Shown here piece after piece: positions 25,101 through 39,479 of a DNA stretch of 64,000 nt. The stretch lies in the NCBI GenBank assembly GCA_964016885.1, contig OZ024740.1, forward strand, positions 433,008,001 through 433,072,000, in the 5' to 3' direction. This stretch comes from Eledone cirrhosa. Lineage: Eukaryota. Each line of letters starts with the position of its first letter. Position 1 is the stretch's first letter. The notes beneath the pieces are model-generated. The model searched no databases, was not told the DNA's origin, and saw nothing but the letters and a program-made list of their open reading frames with translations. The position numbers and the translations under genes are program-made.

Positions 25101-28100
25101 TTTGTAACATATGAAGCAGTGTTTCAACTGTGTTACTGTATCATATGTCTAGTATGTAACATATGAAGGAGTGTTTCAACTGTGTTACTGTATAATATAT
25201 CTAGTTTGTATCATATGAAGCAGTGTTTCAACTGTGTTACTGTCTCATATATCTAGTTTGTAACATATCAAGCAGTGTTTCAACTGTGTTACTGTCTCAT
25301 ATATCTAGTTTGTAACATATGAAGCAGTGTTTCAACTGTGTTACAGTCTCATATATCTAGTTTGTAACATATGAAGCAGTGTTTCAACTGTGCTATTGTC
25401 TCATATATCTAGTTTGTAACATATGAAGGAGTGTTTCAACTGTGTTACTGTATCATATATCTAGTTTGTAATGTATGGAGGAGTGTTTCAACTGTGTTAC
25501 AGTCTCATATATCTAGTTTGTAACATATGAAGCAGTGTTTCAACTGTGCTATTGTCTCATATATCTAGTTTGTAACATATGAAGGAGTGTTTCAACTGTG
25601 TTACTGTATCATATATCTAGTTTGTAACGTATGGAGGAGTGTTTCAACTGTGTTACCGTCTCATATATGAAGGAGTGTTTCAACTGTGTTACTGTCTCAT
25701 ATATCTAGTTTGTAACATATGAAGCAGTGTTTCAAGTGTTTTACTGTCTCATATATCTAGTTTGTAACATATGAAGGAGTGTTTCAACTGTGTTACTGTC
25801 TCATATATCTAGTTTGTAACATATGAAGGAGTGTTTCAACTGTGTTACTGTCTCATATATCTAGTTTGTAACATATGAAGCAGTGTTTCAAGTGTTTTAC
25901 TGTCTCATATATCTAGTTTGTAACATATGAAGGAGTGTTTCAACTGTGTTACTGTCTCATATATCTAGTTTGTAACATATGAAGGAGTGTTTCAACTGTG
26001 TTACTGTATCATATATCTAGTTTGTAACATATTAAGCAGTGTTTCAACTGTGTTACTGTCTTATATATCTAGTTTGTAACATATGAAGGAGTGTTTCAAC
26101 TGTGTTACTGTCTCATATATCTAGTTTGTAACATATGAAGGAGTGTTTCAACTGTGTTACTGTATCATATATCTAGTTTGTAATATATTAAGCAGTGTTT
26201 CAACTGTGTTACTGTCTCATATATCTAGTTTGTAACGTATGGAGGAGTGTTTCAACTGTGTTACTGTCTCATATATCTAGTTTGTAACATATGAAGCAGT
26301 GTTTCAACTGTGTTACTGTCTCATATATCTAGTTTGTAACATATGAAGGAGTGTTTCAACTGTGTTACTGTCTCATATATCTAGTTTGTATCATATGAAA
26401 CAGTGTTTCAACTGTGTTACTGTCTCATATATCTAGTTTGTAACATATGAAGCAGTGTTTCAACTGTGTTACTGTCTCATATATCTAGTTTGTAACTTAT
26501 GAAGGAGTTTTTCAACTGTGTTACTGTCTCATATATCTAGTTTGTAACATATGAAGGAGTGTTTCAACTGTGTTACTGTATCATATATCTAGTTTGTATC
26601 ATATGAAGCAGTGTTTCAACTGTGTTACTGTCTCATATATCTAGTTTGTAACATATGAAGGAGTGTTTCAAGTGTGTTACTGTCTCATATATCTAGTTTG
26701 TATCATATGAAGCAGTGTTTCAACTGTGTTACTGTCTCATATATCTAGTTTGTAACATATGAAGCAGTGTTTCAACTGTGTTACTGTCTCATATATCTAG
26801 TTTGTAACATATGAAGCAGTGTTTCAACTGTGTTACTGTCTCATATATCTAGTTTGTAACATATGTAGAATTGTTTTAACTGTGTTACTGTCTCATATAT
26901 CTAGTTTGTAACATATGAAGCAGTGTTTCAACTGTGTTACTGTATCATATGTCTAGTATGTAACATATGAAGGAGTGTTTCAACTGTGTTACTGTATAAT
27001 ATATCTAGTTTGTATCATATGAAGCAGTGTTTCAACTGTGTTACTGTCTCATATATCTAGTTTGTAACATATGAAGGAGTGTTTCAACTGTGTTACTGTC
27101 TCATATATCTAGTTTGTAACATATGAAGGAGTGTTTCAAGTGTGTTACTGTCTCATATATCTAGTTTGTATCATATGAAGCAGTGTTTCAACTGTGTTAC
27201 TGTCTCATATATCTAGTTTGTAACATATGAAGCAGTGTTTCAACTGTGTTACTGTCTCATATATGTAGTTTGTAACATATGAAGCAGTGTTTCAACTGTG
27301 TTACTGTCTCATATATCTAGTTTGTAACATATGTAGAAGTGTTTTAACTGTGTTACTGTCTCATATATCTAGTTTGTAACATATGAAGCAGTGTTTCAAC
27401 TGTGTTACTGTATCATATGTCTAGTATGTAACATATGAAGGAGTTTTTCAACTGTGTTACTGTATAATATATCTAGTTTGTATCATATGAAGCAGTGTTT
27501 CAACTGTGTTACTGTCTCATATATCTAGTTTGTAACATATGAAGGAGTGTTTCAACTGTGTTACTGTCTCATATATCTAGTTTGTAACATATGAAGGAGT
27601 GTTTCAACTGTGTTACTGTCTCATATATCTAGTTTGTAACATATGAAGGAGTGTTTCAACTGTGTTACTGTCTCATATATCTAGTTTGTAACATATGAAG
27701 GAGTGTTTCAACTGTGTTACTGTCTCATATATCTAGTTTGTAACATATGAAGGAGTGTTTCAACTGTGTTACTGTCTCATATATCTAGTTGTAACATATG
27801 AAGGAGTGTTTCAAGTGTGTTACTGTCTCATATATCTAGTTTGTATCAGATGAAGCAGTGTTTCAACTGTGTTACTGTCTCATATATCTAGTTTGTAACA
27901 TATGAAGCAGTGTTTCAACTGTGTTACTGTCTCATATATCTAGTTTGTAACATATGAAGCAGTGTTTCAACTGTGTTACTGTCTCATATATCTAGTTTGT
28001 AACATATGAAGGAGGGTTTCAACTGTGTTACTGTCTCATATATCTAGTTTGTAACATATGAAGGAGTGTTTCAACTGTGTTACTGTCTCATATATCTAGT

Positions 28101-31100
28101 TTGTAACATATGAAGGAGTGTTTCAACTGTGTTACTGTCTCATATATCTAGTTTGTAACATATGAAGGAGTGTTTCAACTGTGTTACTGAATCATATATC
28201 TAGTTTGTAACATATTAAGCAGTGTTTCAACTGCGTTACTGTCTCATATATCTAGTTTGTAACGTATGGAGGAGTGTTTCAACTGTGTTACTGTCTCATA
28301 TATGAAGGAGTGTTTCAACTGTGTTACTGTCTCATATATCTAGTTTGTAACATATGAAGCAGTGTTTCAACTGTGTTACTGTCTCATATATCTAGTTTGT
28401 AACATATGAAGGAGTGTTTCAACTGTGTTACTGTCTCATATATCTAGTATGTAACATATGAAGGAGTGTTTCAACTGTGTTACTGTATCATATATCTAGT
28501 TTGTAACATATGAAGCAGTGTTTCAACTGTGTTACTGTCTCATATATCTAGTTTGTAACTTATGAAGGAGTGTTTCAACTGTGTTACTGTCTCATATATC
28601 TAGTTTGTAACATATGAAGCAGTGTTTCAACTGTGTTACTGTCTCATATATCTAGTTTGTAACATATGAAGGAATGTTTCAACTGTGTTACTGTCTCATA
28701 TATCTAGTTTGTAACATATGAAGAAGTGTTTCAACTGTGTTACTGTCTCATATATCTAGTTTGTAACATATGAAGGAATGTTTCAACTGTGTTACTGTCT
28801 CATATATCTAGTTTGTAACATATGAAGGAGTGTTTCAACTGTGTTACTGTCTCATATATCTAGTTTGTAACATATGAAGGAGTGTTTCAACTGTGTTACT
28901 GTCTCATATATCTAGTTTGTAACATATGAAGCAGTGTTTCAACTGTGTTACTGTCTCATATATCTAGTATGTAACATATGAAGGAGTGTTTCAACTGTGT
29001 TACTGTATCATATATCTAGTTTGTAACATATGAAGCAGTGTTTCAACTGTGTTACTGTCTCATATATCTAGTTTGTAACTTATGAAGGAGTGTTTCAACT
29101 GTGTTACTGTCTCATATATCTAGTTTGTAACTTATGAAGGAGTGTTTCAACTGTGTTACTGTCTCATATATCTAGTTTGTAACATATGAAGCAGTGTTTC
29201 AACTGTGTTACTGTCTCATATATCTAGTTTGTAACATATGAAGGAGTGTTTCAACTGTGTTACTGTCTCATATATCTAGTTTGTAACTTATGAAGGAGTG
29301 TTTCAACTGTGTTACTGTCTCATATATCTAGTTTGTAACATATGTAGAATTGTTTTAACTGTGTTACTTTCTCATATATCTAGTTTGTAACATATGAAGC
29401 AGTGTTTCAACTGTGTTACTGTATCATATGTCTAGTATGTAACATATGAAGGAGTGTTTCAACTGTGTTACTGTATAATATATCTAGTTTGTATCATATG
29501 AAGCAGTGTTTCAACTGTGTTACTGTCTCATATATCTAGTTTGTAACATATCAAGCAGTGTTTCAACTGTGTTACTGTCTCATATATCTAGTTTGTAACA
29601 TATGAAGCAGTGTTTCAACTGTGTTACAGTCTCATATATCTAGTTTGTAACATATGAAGCAGTGTTTCAACTGTGCTATTGTCTCATATATCTAGTTTGT
29701 AACATATGAAGGAGTGTTTCAACTGTGTTACTGTATCATATATCTAGTTTGTAATGTATGGAGGAGTGTTTCAACTGTGTTACAGTCTCATATATCTAGT
29801 TTGTAACATATGAAGCAGTGTTTCAACTGTGCTATTGTCTCATATATCTAGTTTGTAACATATGAAGGAGTGTTTCAACTGTGTTACTGTATCATATATC
29901 TAGTTTGTAACGTATGGAGGAGTGTTTCAACTGTGTTACCGTCTCATATATGAAGGAGTGTTTCAACTGTGTTACTGTCTCATATATCTAGTTTGTAACA
30001 TATGAAGCAGTGTTTCAAGTGTTTTACTGTCTCATATATCTAGTTTGTAACATATGAAGGAGTGTTTCAACTGTGTTACTGTCTCATATATCTAGTTTGT
30101 AACATATGAAGGAGTGTTTCAACTGTGTTACTGTCTCATATATCTAGTTTGTAACATATGAAGCAGTGTTTCAAGTGTTTTACTGTCTCATATATCTAGT
30201 TTGTAACATATGAAGGAGTGTTTCAACTGTGTTACTGTCTCATATATCTAGTTTGTAACATATGAAGGAGTGTTTCAACTGTGTTACTGTATCATATATC
30301 TAGTTTGTAACATATTAAGCAGTGTTTCAACTGTGTTACTGTCTTATATATCTAGTTTGTAACATATGAAGGAGTGTTTCAACTGTGTTACTGTCTCATA
30401 TATCTAGTTTGTAACATATGAAGGAGTGTTTCAACTGTGTTACTGTATCATATATCTAGTTTGTAATATATTAAGCAGTGTTTCAACTGTGTTACTGTCT
30501 CATATATCTAGTTTGTAACGTATGGAGGAGTGTTTCAACTGTGTTACTGTCTCATATATCTAGTTTGTAACATATGAAGCAGTGTTTCAACTGTGTTACT
30601 GTCTCATATATCTAGTTTGTAACATATGAAGGAGTGTTTCAACTGTGTTACTGTCTCATATATCTAGTTTGTATCATATGAAACAGTGTTTCAACTGTGT
30701 TACTGTCTCATATATCTAGTTTGTAACATATGAAGCAGTGTTTCAACTGTGTTACTGTCTCATATATCTAGTTTGTAACTTATGAAGGAGTTTTTCAACT
30801 GTGTTACTGTCTCATATATCTAGTTTGTAACATATGAAGGAGTGTTTCAACTGTGTTACTGTATCATATATCTAGTTTGTATCATATGAAGCAGTGTTTC
30901 AACTGTGTTACTGTCTCATATATCTAGTTTGTAACATATGAAGGAGTGTTTCAAGTGTGTTACTGTCTCATATATCTAGTTTGTATCATATGAAGCAGTG
31001 TTTCAACTGTGTTACTGTCTCATATATCTAGTTTGTAACATATGAAGCAGTGTTTCAACTGTGTTACTGTCTCATATATCTAGTTTGTAACATATGAAGC

Positions 31101-34100
31101 AGTGTTTCAACTGTGTTACTGTCTCATATATCTAGTTTGTAACATATGTAGAATTGTTTTAACTGTGTTACTGTCTCATATATCTAGTTTGTAACATATG
31201 AAGCAGTGTTTCAACTGTGTTACTGTATCATATGTCTAGTATGTAACATATGAAGGAGTGTTTCAACTGTGTTACTGTATAATATATCTAGTTTGTATCA
31301 TATGAAGCAGTGTTTCAACTGTGTTACTGTCTCATATATCTAGTTTGTAACATATGAAGGAGTGTTTCAACTGTGTTACTGTCTCATATATCTAGTTTGT
31401 AACATATGAAGGAGTGTTTCAAGTGTGTTACTGTCTCATATATCTAGTTTGTATCATATGAAGCAGTGTTTCAACTGTGTTACTGTCTCATATATCTAGT
31501 TTGTAACATATGAAGCAGTGTTTCAACTGTGTTACTGTCTCATATATGTAGTTTGTAACATATGAAGCAGTGTTTCAACTGTGTTACTGTCTCATATATC
31601 TAGTTTGTAACATATGTAGAAGTGTTTTAACTGTGTTACTGTCTCATATATCTAGTTTGTAACATATGAAGCAGTGTTTCAACTGTGTTACTGTATCATA
31701 TGTCTAGTATGTAACATATGAAGGAGTTTTTCAACTGTGTTACTGTATAATATATCTAGTTTGTATCATATGAAGCAGTGTTTCAACTGTGTTACTGTCT
31801 CATATATCTAGTTTGTAACATATGAAGGAGTGTTTCAACTGTGTTACTGTCTCATATATCTAGTTTGTAACATATGAAGGAGTGTTTCAACTGTGTTACT
31901 GTCTCATATATCTAGTTTGTAACATATGAAGGAGTGTTTCAACTGTGTTACTGTCTCATATATCTAGTTTGTAACATATGAAGGAGTGTTTCAACTGTGT
32001 TACTGTCTCATATATCTAGTTTGTAACATATGAAGGAGTGTTTCAACTGTGTTACTGTCTCATATATCTAGTTGTAACATATGAAGGAGTGTTTCAAGTG
32101 TGTTACTGTCTCATATATCTAGTTTGTATCAGATGAAGCAGTGTTTCAACTGTGTTACTGTCTCATATATCTAGTTTGTAACATATGAAGCAGTGTTTCA
32201 ACTGTGTTACTGTCTCATATATCTAGTTTGTAACATATGAAGCAGTGTTTCAACTGTGTTACTGTCTCATATATCTAGTTTGTAACATATGAAGGAGGGT
32301 TTCAACTGTGTTACTGTCTCATATATCTAGTTTGTAACATATGAAGGAGTGTTTCAACTGTGTTACTGTCTCATATATCTAGTTTGTAACATATGAAGGA
32401 GTGTTTCAACTGTGTTACTGTCTCATATATCTAGTTTGTAACATATGAAGGAGTGTTTCAACTGTGTTACTGAATCATATATCTAGTTTGTAACATATTA
32501 AGCAGTGTTTCAACTGCGTTACTGTCTCATATATCTAGTTTGTAACGTATGGAGGAGTGTTTCAACTGTGTTACTGTCTCATATATGAAGGAGTGTTTCA
32601 ACTGTGTTACTGTCTCATATATCTAGTTTGTAACATATGAAGCAGTGTTTCAACTGTGTTACTGTCTCATATATCTAGTTTGTAACATATGAAGGAGTGT
32701 TTCAACTGTGTTACTGTCTCATATATCTAGTATGTAACATATGAAGGAGTGTTTCAACTGTGTTACTGTATCATATATCTAGTTTGTAACATATGAAGCA
32801 GTGTTTCAACTGTGTTACTGTCTCATATATCTAGTTTGTAACTTATGAAGGAGTGTTTCAACTGTGTTACTGTCTCATATATCTAGTTTGTAACATATGA
32901 AGCAGTGTTTCAACTGTGTTACTGTCTCATATATCTAGTTTGTAACATATGAAGGAATGTTTCAACTGTGTTACTGTCTCATATATCTAGTTTGTAACAT
33001 ATGAAGAAGTGTTTCAACTGTGTTACTGTCTCATATATCTAGTTTGTAACATATGAAGGAATGTTTCAACTGTGTTACTGTCTCATATATCTAGTTTGTA
33101 ACATATGAAGGAGTGTTTCAACTGTGTTACTGTCTCATATATCTAGTTTGTAACATATGAAGGAGTGTTTCAACTGTGTTACTGTCTCATATATCTAGTT
33201 TGTAACATATGAAGCAGTGTTTCAACTGTGTTACTGTCTCATATATCTAGTTTGTAACATATGAAGGAGTGTTTCAACTGTCTTACTGTCTCATATATCT
33301 AGTTTGTAACATATGAAGCAGTGTTTCAACTGTGTAACTGTGTCATATATCTAGTTTGTAACATATAAAGGAGTGTTTCAACTGTGTTACTGTCTTGTCT
33401 CATATATCTAGTTTGTAACATATGAAGGAGTGTTTCAACTGTGTTACTGTCTTGTCTCATATATCTAGTTTGTAACATATGAAGGAGTGTTTCAACTGTG
33501 TTACTGTAGCATATATCTAGCTTGTAACATATGAAGGAATGTTTCAACTGTGTTACTGTCTCATATATCTAGTTTGTAACATATGAAGCAGTGTTTCAAC
33601 TGTGTTACTGTCTCATATATCTAGTTTGTAACATATGAAGGAGTGTTTCAACTGTGTTACTGTCTCATATATCTAGTTTGTAACATATGAAGGAGTGTTT
33701 CAACTTTGTTACTGTCTCATATATCTAGTTTGTAACATATGAAGGAGTGTTTCAACTGTGTTACTGTCTCATATATCTAGTTTGTAACATATGAAGCAGT
33801 GTTTCAACTGTGTTACTGTCTCATATATCTAGTTTGTAACATATGAAGGAGGGTTTCAACTGTGTTACTGTATCATATATCTAGTTTGTAACATATGAAG
33901 GAGTGTTTTAACTGTGTTACTGTCTCATATATCTAGTTTGTAACATATGAAGTAGTGTTTCAACTGTGTTACTGTCTCATATATCTAGTTTGTAACATAT
34001 GAAGGAGTGTTTCAACTGTGTTACTGTATCATATATCTAGTTTGTAACATATTAAGCAGTGTTTCAACTGCGTTACTGTCTCATATATCTAGTTTGTAAC

Positions 34101-37100
34101 GTATGGAGGAGTGTTTGAACTGTGTTACTGTCTCTTATATGAAGGAGTGTTTCAACTGTGTTACTGTATCATATATCTAGCTTGTAACATATGAAGGAAT
34201 GTTTCAACTGTGTTACTGTCTCATATGTCTAGTTTGTAACATATGAAGCAGTGTTTCAACTGTGTTACTGTCTCATATATCTAGTTTGTAACATATGAAG
34301 GAGTGTTTCAACTGTGTTACTGTCTCATATATCTAGTTTGTAACATATGAAGGAGGGTTTCAACTGTGTTACTGTCTCATATATCTAGTTTGTAACATAT
34401 GAAGGAGTGTTTCAACTGTGTTACTGTCTCATATATCTAGTTTGTAACATATGAAGGAGTGTTTCAACTGTGTTACTGTCTCATATATCTAGTTTGTAAC
34501 ATATGAAGGAGTGTTTCAACTGTGTTACTGAATCATATATCTAGTTTGTAACATATTAAGCAGTGTTTCAACTGCGTTACTGTCTCATATATCTAGTTTG
34601 TAACGTATGAAGGAGTGTTTCAACTGTGTTACTGTCTCATATATCTAGTTTGTAACATATGAAGGAGGGTTTCAACTGTGTTACTGTCTCATATATCTAG
34701 TTTGTAACATATGAAGGAGTGTTTCAACTGTGTTACTGTCTCACATATCTAGTTTGTAACATATGAAGGAGTGTTTCAACTGTGTTACTGTCTCATATAT
34801 CTAGTTTGTAACATATGAAGGAGTGTTTCAACTGTGTTACTGAATCATATATCTAGTTTGTAACATATTAAGCAGTGTTTCAACTGCGTTACTGTCTCAT
34901 ATATCTAGTTTGTAACGTATGGAGGAGTGTTTCAACTGTGTTACTGTCTCATATATCTAGTATGTAACATATGAAGGAGTGTTTCAACTGTGTTACTGTA
35001 TCATATATCTAGTTTGTAACATATGAAGCAGTGTTTCAATTGTGTTACTGTCTCATATATCTAGTTTGTAACTTATGAAGGAGTGTTTCAACTGTGTTAC
35101 TGTCTCATATATCTAGTTTGTAACATATGAAGGAGTGTTTCAACTGTGTTACTGTCTCATATATCTAGTTTGTAACATATGAAGGAGGGTTTCAACTGTG
35201 TTACTGTCTCATATATCTAGTTTGTAACATATGAAGCAGTGTTTCAACTGTGTTACTGTCTCATATATGTAGTTTGTAACATATGAAGGAGTGTTTCAAC
35301 TGTGTTACTGTCTCATATATCTAGTTTGTAACATATGAAGGAGTGTTTCAACTGTGTTATTGTCTCATATATCTAGTTTGTAACATATGAAGGAGGGTTT
35401 CAACTGTGTTACTGTCTCATATATCTAGTTTGTAACATATGAAGGAGTGTTTCAACTGTGTTACTGTCTCATATATCTAGTTTGTAACATATGAAGGAGG
35501 GTTTCAACTGTGTTACTGTCTCATATATCTAGTTTGTAACATATGAAGCAGTGTTTCAACTGTGTTACTGTCTCATATATCTAGTTTGTAACATATGAAG
35601 GAGAGTTTCAACTGTGTTACTGTCTCATATATCTAGTTTGTAACATATGAAGAAGTGTTTCAACTGTGTTACTGTCTCATATATCTAGTTTGTAACATAT
35701 GAAGGAGTGTTTCAACTGTGTTACTGTCTCATATATCTAGTTTGTAACATATGAAGGAGGGTTTCAACTGTGTTACTGTCTCATATATCTAGTTTGTAAC
35801 TTATGAAGGAGTGTTTCAACTGTGTTACTGTCTCATATATCTAGTTTGTAACATATGAAGGAGTGTTTCAACTGTGTTACTGTCTCATATATCTAGTTTG
35901 TAACATATGAAGGAGGGTTTCAACTGTGTTACTGTCTCATATATCTAGTTTGTAACATATGAAGCAGTGTTTCAACTGTGTTACTGTCTCATATATGTAG
36001 TTTGTAACATATGAATGAGTGTTTCAACTGTGTTACTGTCTCATATATCTAGTTTGTAACAGATGAAGGAGTGTTTCAACTGTGTTACTGTCTCATATAT
36101 CTAGTTTGTAACATATGAAGGAGGGTTTCAACTGTGTTACTGTCTCATATATCTAGTTTGTAACATATGAAGGAGTGTTTCAACTGTGTTACTGTCTCAT
36201 ATATCTAGTTTGTAACATATGAAGGAGTGTTTCAACTGTGTTACTGTCTCATATATCTAGTTTGTAACATATGAAGGAGGGTTTCAACTGTGTTACTGTC
36301 TCATATATCTAGTTTGTAACATATGAAGGAGTGTTTCAACTGTGTTACTGTCTCATATATCTAGTTTGTAACATATGAAGGAGGGTTTCAACTGTGTTAC
36401 TGTCTCATATATCTAGTTTGTAACATATGAAGCAGTGTTTCAACTGTGTTACTGTCTCATATATCTAGTTTGTAACATATGAAGGAGAGTTTCAACTGTG
36501 TTACTGTCTCATATATCTAGTTTGTAACATATGAAGAAGTGTTTCAACTGTGTTACTGTCTCATATATCTAGTTTGTAACATATGAAGGAGTGTTTCAAC
36601 TGTGTTACTGTCTCATATATCTAGTTTGTAACATATGAAGGAGGGTTTCAACTGTGTTACTGTCTCATATATCTAGTTTGTAACATGAAGCAGTGTTTCA
36701 ACTGTGTTACTGTATCATATGTCTAGTATGTAACATATGAATTAGTGTTTCAACTGTGTTACTGTCTCATATATCTAGTTTGTAACATATGAAGGATTTT
36801 TCAACTTTGTTACTGTCACATATATCTAGTTTGTAACATATGAAGGAGTGTTTCAACTGTGTTACTGTCTCATATATCTAGTTTGTAACATATGAAGGAG
36901 GTTTTCAACTGTGTTACTGTCTCATATATCTAGTTTGTAACATATGAAGGAGTGTTTCAACTGTGTTACTGTCTCATATATCTAGTTTGTAACATATGAA
37001 GGAGTGTTTCAACTGTGTTACTGTCTCATACATCTAGTTTGTAACTTATGAAGGGGGTTTCAACTGTGTTACTGTCTCATATATCTAGTTTGTAACTTAT

Positions 37101-37905
37101 GAAAGAGGGTTTCAACTGTGTTACTGTCTCATATATCTAGTTTGTAACATATGAAGGAGGGTTTCAACTGTGTTACTGTCTCATATATCTAGTTTGTAAC
37201 ATATGAAGGAGTGTTTCAACTGTGTTACTGTCTCATATATCTAGTTTGTAACATATGAAGGAGGGTTTCAACTGTGTTACTGTCTCATATATCTAGTTTG
37301 TAACATGAAGCAGTGTTTCAACTGTGTTACTGTATCATATGTCTAGTATGTAACATATGAATTAGTGTTTCAACTGTGTTACTGTCTCATATATCTAGTT
37401 TGTAACATATGAAGGATTTTTCAACTTTGTTACTGTCACATATATCTAGTTTGTAACATATGAAGGAGTGTTTCAACTGTGTTACTGTCTCATATATCTA
37501 GTTTGTAACATATGAAGGAGGGTTTCAACTGTGTTACTGTCTCATATATCTAGTTTGTAACATATGAAGGAGTGTTTCAACTGTGTTACTGTCTCATATA
37601 TCTAGTTTGTAACATATGAAGGAGTGTTTCAACTGTGTTACTGTCTCATACATCTAGTTTGTAACTTATGAAGGGGGTTTCAACTGTGTTACTGTCTCAT
37701 ATATCTAGTTTGTAACTTATGAAAGAGGGTTTCAACTGTGTTACTGTCTCATATATCTAGTTTGTAACTTATGAAAGAGGGTTTCAACTGTGTTACTGTC
37801 CCCTATATCTAGTTTGTATCTTATGTAGGAGGGTTTTTCAATTGTGTTACTTTCTCAAGTATTGTCTTTGAATCTAATGAAGCAGAGTTTCTCAACTTTG
37901 CTATT
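10190..37905. repeat. 52-bp satellite DNA array (~530 monomers, ~27.7 kb) with higher-order structure
   Basis: Consensus GTTTCAACTGTGTTACTGTCTCATATATCTAGTTTGTAACATATGAAG(G/C)AGT. Period of 52 verified (pattern realigns every 780 bp = 15 units). Degenerate edge units at ~37800-37905. Confidence 0.98.
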
Positions 37906-39479
37906 TCCTCACACAGGTTTAAATCATTCTGTAAGAAAATGAATTAAGGATGACATGCATTAAGATATATTATTTGGTAAGCTTTATCATCGTAAAACAC
38001 TACATTATATTAGTTAACCCTTTTAATATAAAACTACCTGAAACCCTGATTCTACAATAGAATTCTATTTATTTTAAAGTATTTATATTTATTTTTAAAA
38101 TCTTTCCATCATAATTCTATGAAAAACTTTTGTTAGGTTATGCCCTAAACATGCGTTTAATAACGAGAGATTTAGTTATATTACTAAATCCCTCCAAATC
38201 TTTGATTAATTTTCAGTGTCTTTCATTATAAATGTGGTAAAAAATTAGTTAAAAGGCCAGAAAGTGCAAGTTATTTCAATGTACATCAACAACAAATAGA
38301 AAATATTAGCGTGGTGAACACCCTGCTTACCATATCAACAATCAATATACAACAGTAACAGCTAAGGGAAAATATTATTAATTGAAAAAGACATATTCTG
38401 ACAAGAAAGCCATGCAGAACATTTAGATATTAAAGTAGAAACAATATTGAAGAACATCACTTAGTAAAGAAATGGCAGTCAGATTATATAGAGAGAAGTG
38501 TTAACTTATGTTCTGAAGAAGTTTAGTCACAACATTGTTTTTATTAGATAATTCATTGTAACTATCATAATCTGTGGACCAAGATAGAAGATGTTTATAA
38601 TAATTATGAAGTAGTTCTATGTGTATGAATATGTTTATATGAGAGGGTGAGGAAAATGAGTTAAAGACAAAACAAAACAACAAAATAAAAGAAAGATAAA
38701 TAAAAAAGACTTGATTCAGAAACGGAATTATTCGAGCTATGATTAAAGTAAATGGGCTGATTCTATAATTTAATTTTACTTATATTCATAATTACATCAT
38801 GCTAATTATAGACTAAATAATAAAAATTAAATGAAAGCATATAAATATATTCACTTATATCACTAAACATTTCTTTTAATAGAATACAAATGTATTTAGT
38901 TTTTAAGTTGTATCGAATATATTCTAGAAGAGATAACTTCACTGATAGGTGTGTGCTGTGAAAGGTATTGTAATTTCTTGCTGTTTAACTCTAGGTCACC
39001 TTTATTCTAGGATAAAATCTAGGATCAAAAGCATTCCAGTTATGACCGTCTAGTCTTTTATTTTCAGTCATAGTGCATCTAGAATTACAATATCCACTCA
39101 TTTATTTTTAAGGCAGTAAGGGTTGGGCTTTTGAGGGAGATTTGTCAGCTATTTCTAGTAAGTCAAACAACTTTAGCTTGAAGTACTACAAGTTGTGTTA
39201 GAAGGCAATTGGGTGGGGAGGAGACTCGAGTAAAATACCTTTAACAAAGTAATTAGACAAAATTTCAGATATGGATTAATGATTTCGTTGAAACTAATGC
39301 TCCATTGATCTCTGTACTGATCTCTTTTTTTTTTTTGCATTCCAACCGAGGGACTGAGGCCATGCTGGGGTACTACTACTGAAGCTACACTTTCTATAGC
39401 CAGCCTTCCCTGGTTGGCCACTGATACAACAGGGAGTTTGTTGCTACTGCTCTTATTTGTGCTTCACCTCGTGCTGGCT

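Noticed and set aside
33326-33547. 73-aa ORF inside the satellite
   Set aside because: Created by two 5-bp insertions (57-bp monomers) that avoid stops; not a gene
10190-37905. CRISPR array or ribozyme-bearing satellite
   Set aside because: Units are head-to-tail with no unique spacers and no cas genes, in a eukaryotic context. The minus strand has GAAAC but no CUGANGA core
38500-38575. Possible minus-strand exon (DYDSYNELSNKNNVVTKLLQN)
   Set aside because: Acceptor is plausible but there is no convincing donor (ATAAGT/GTTAAC) and no recognisable homology
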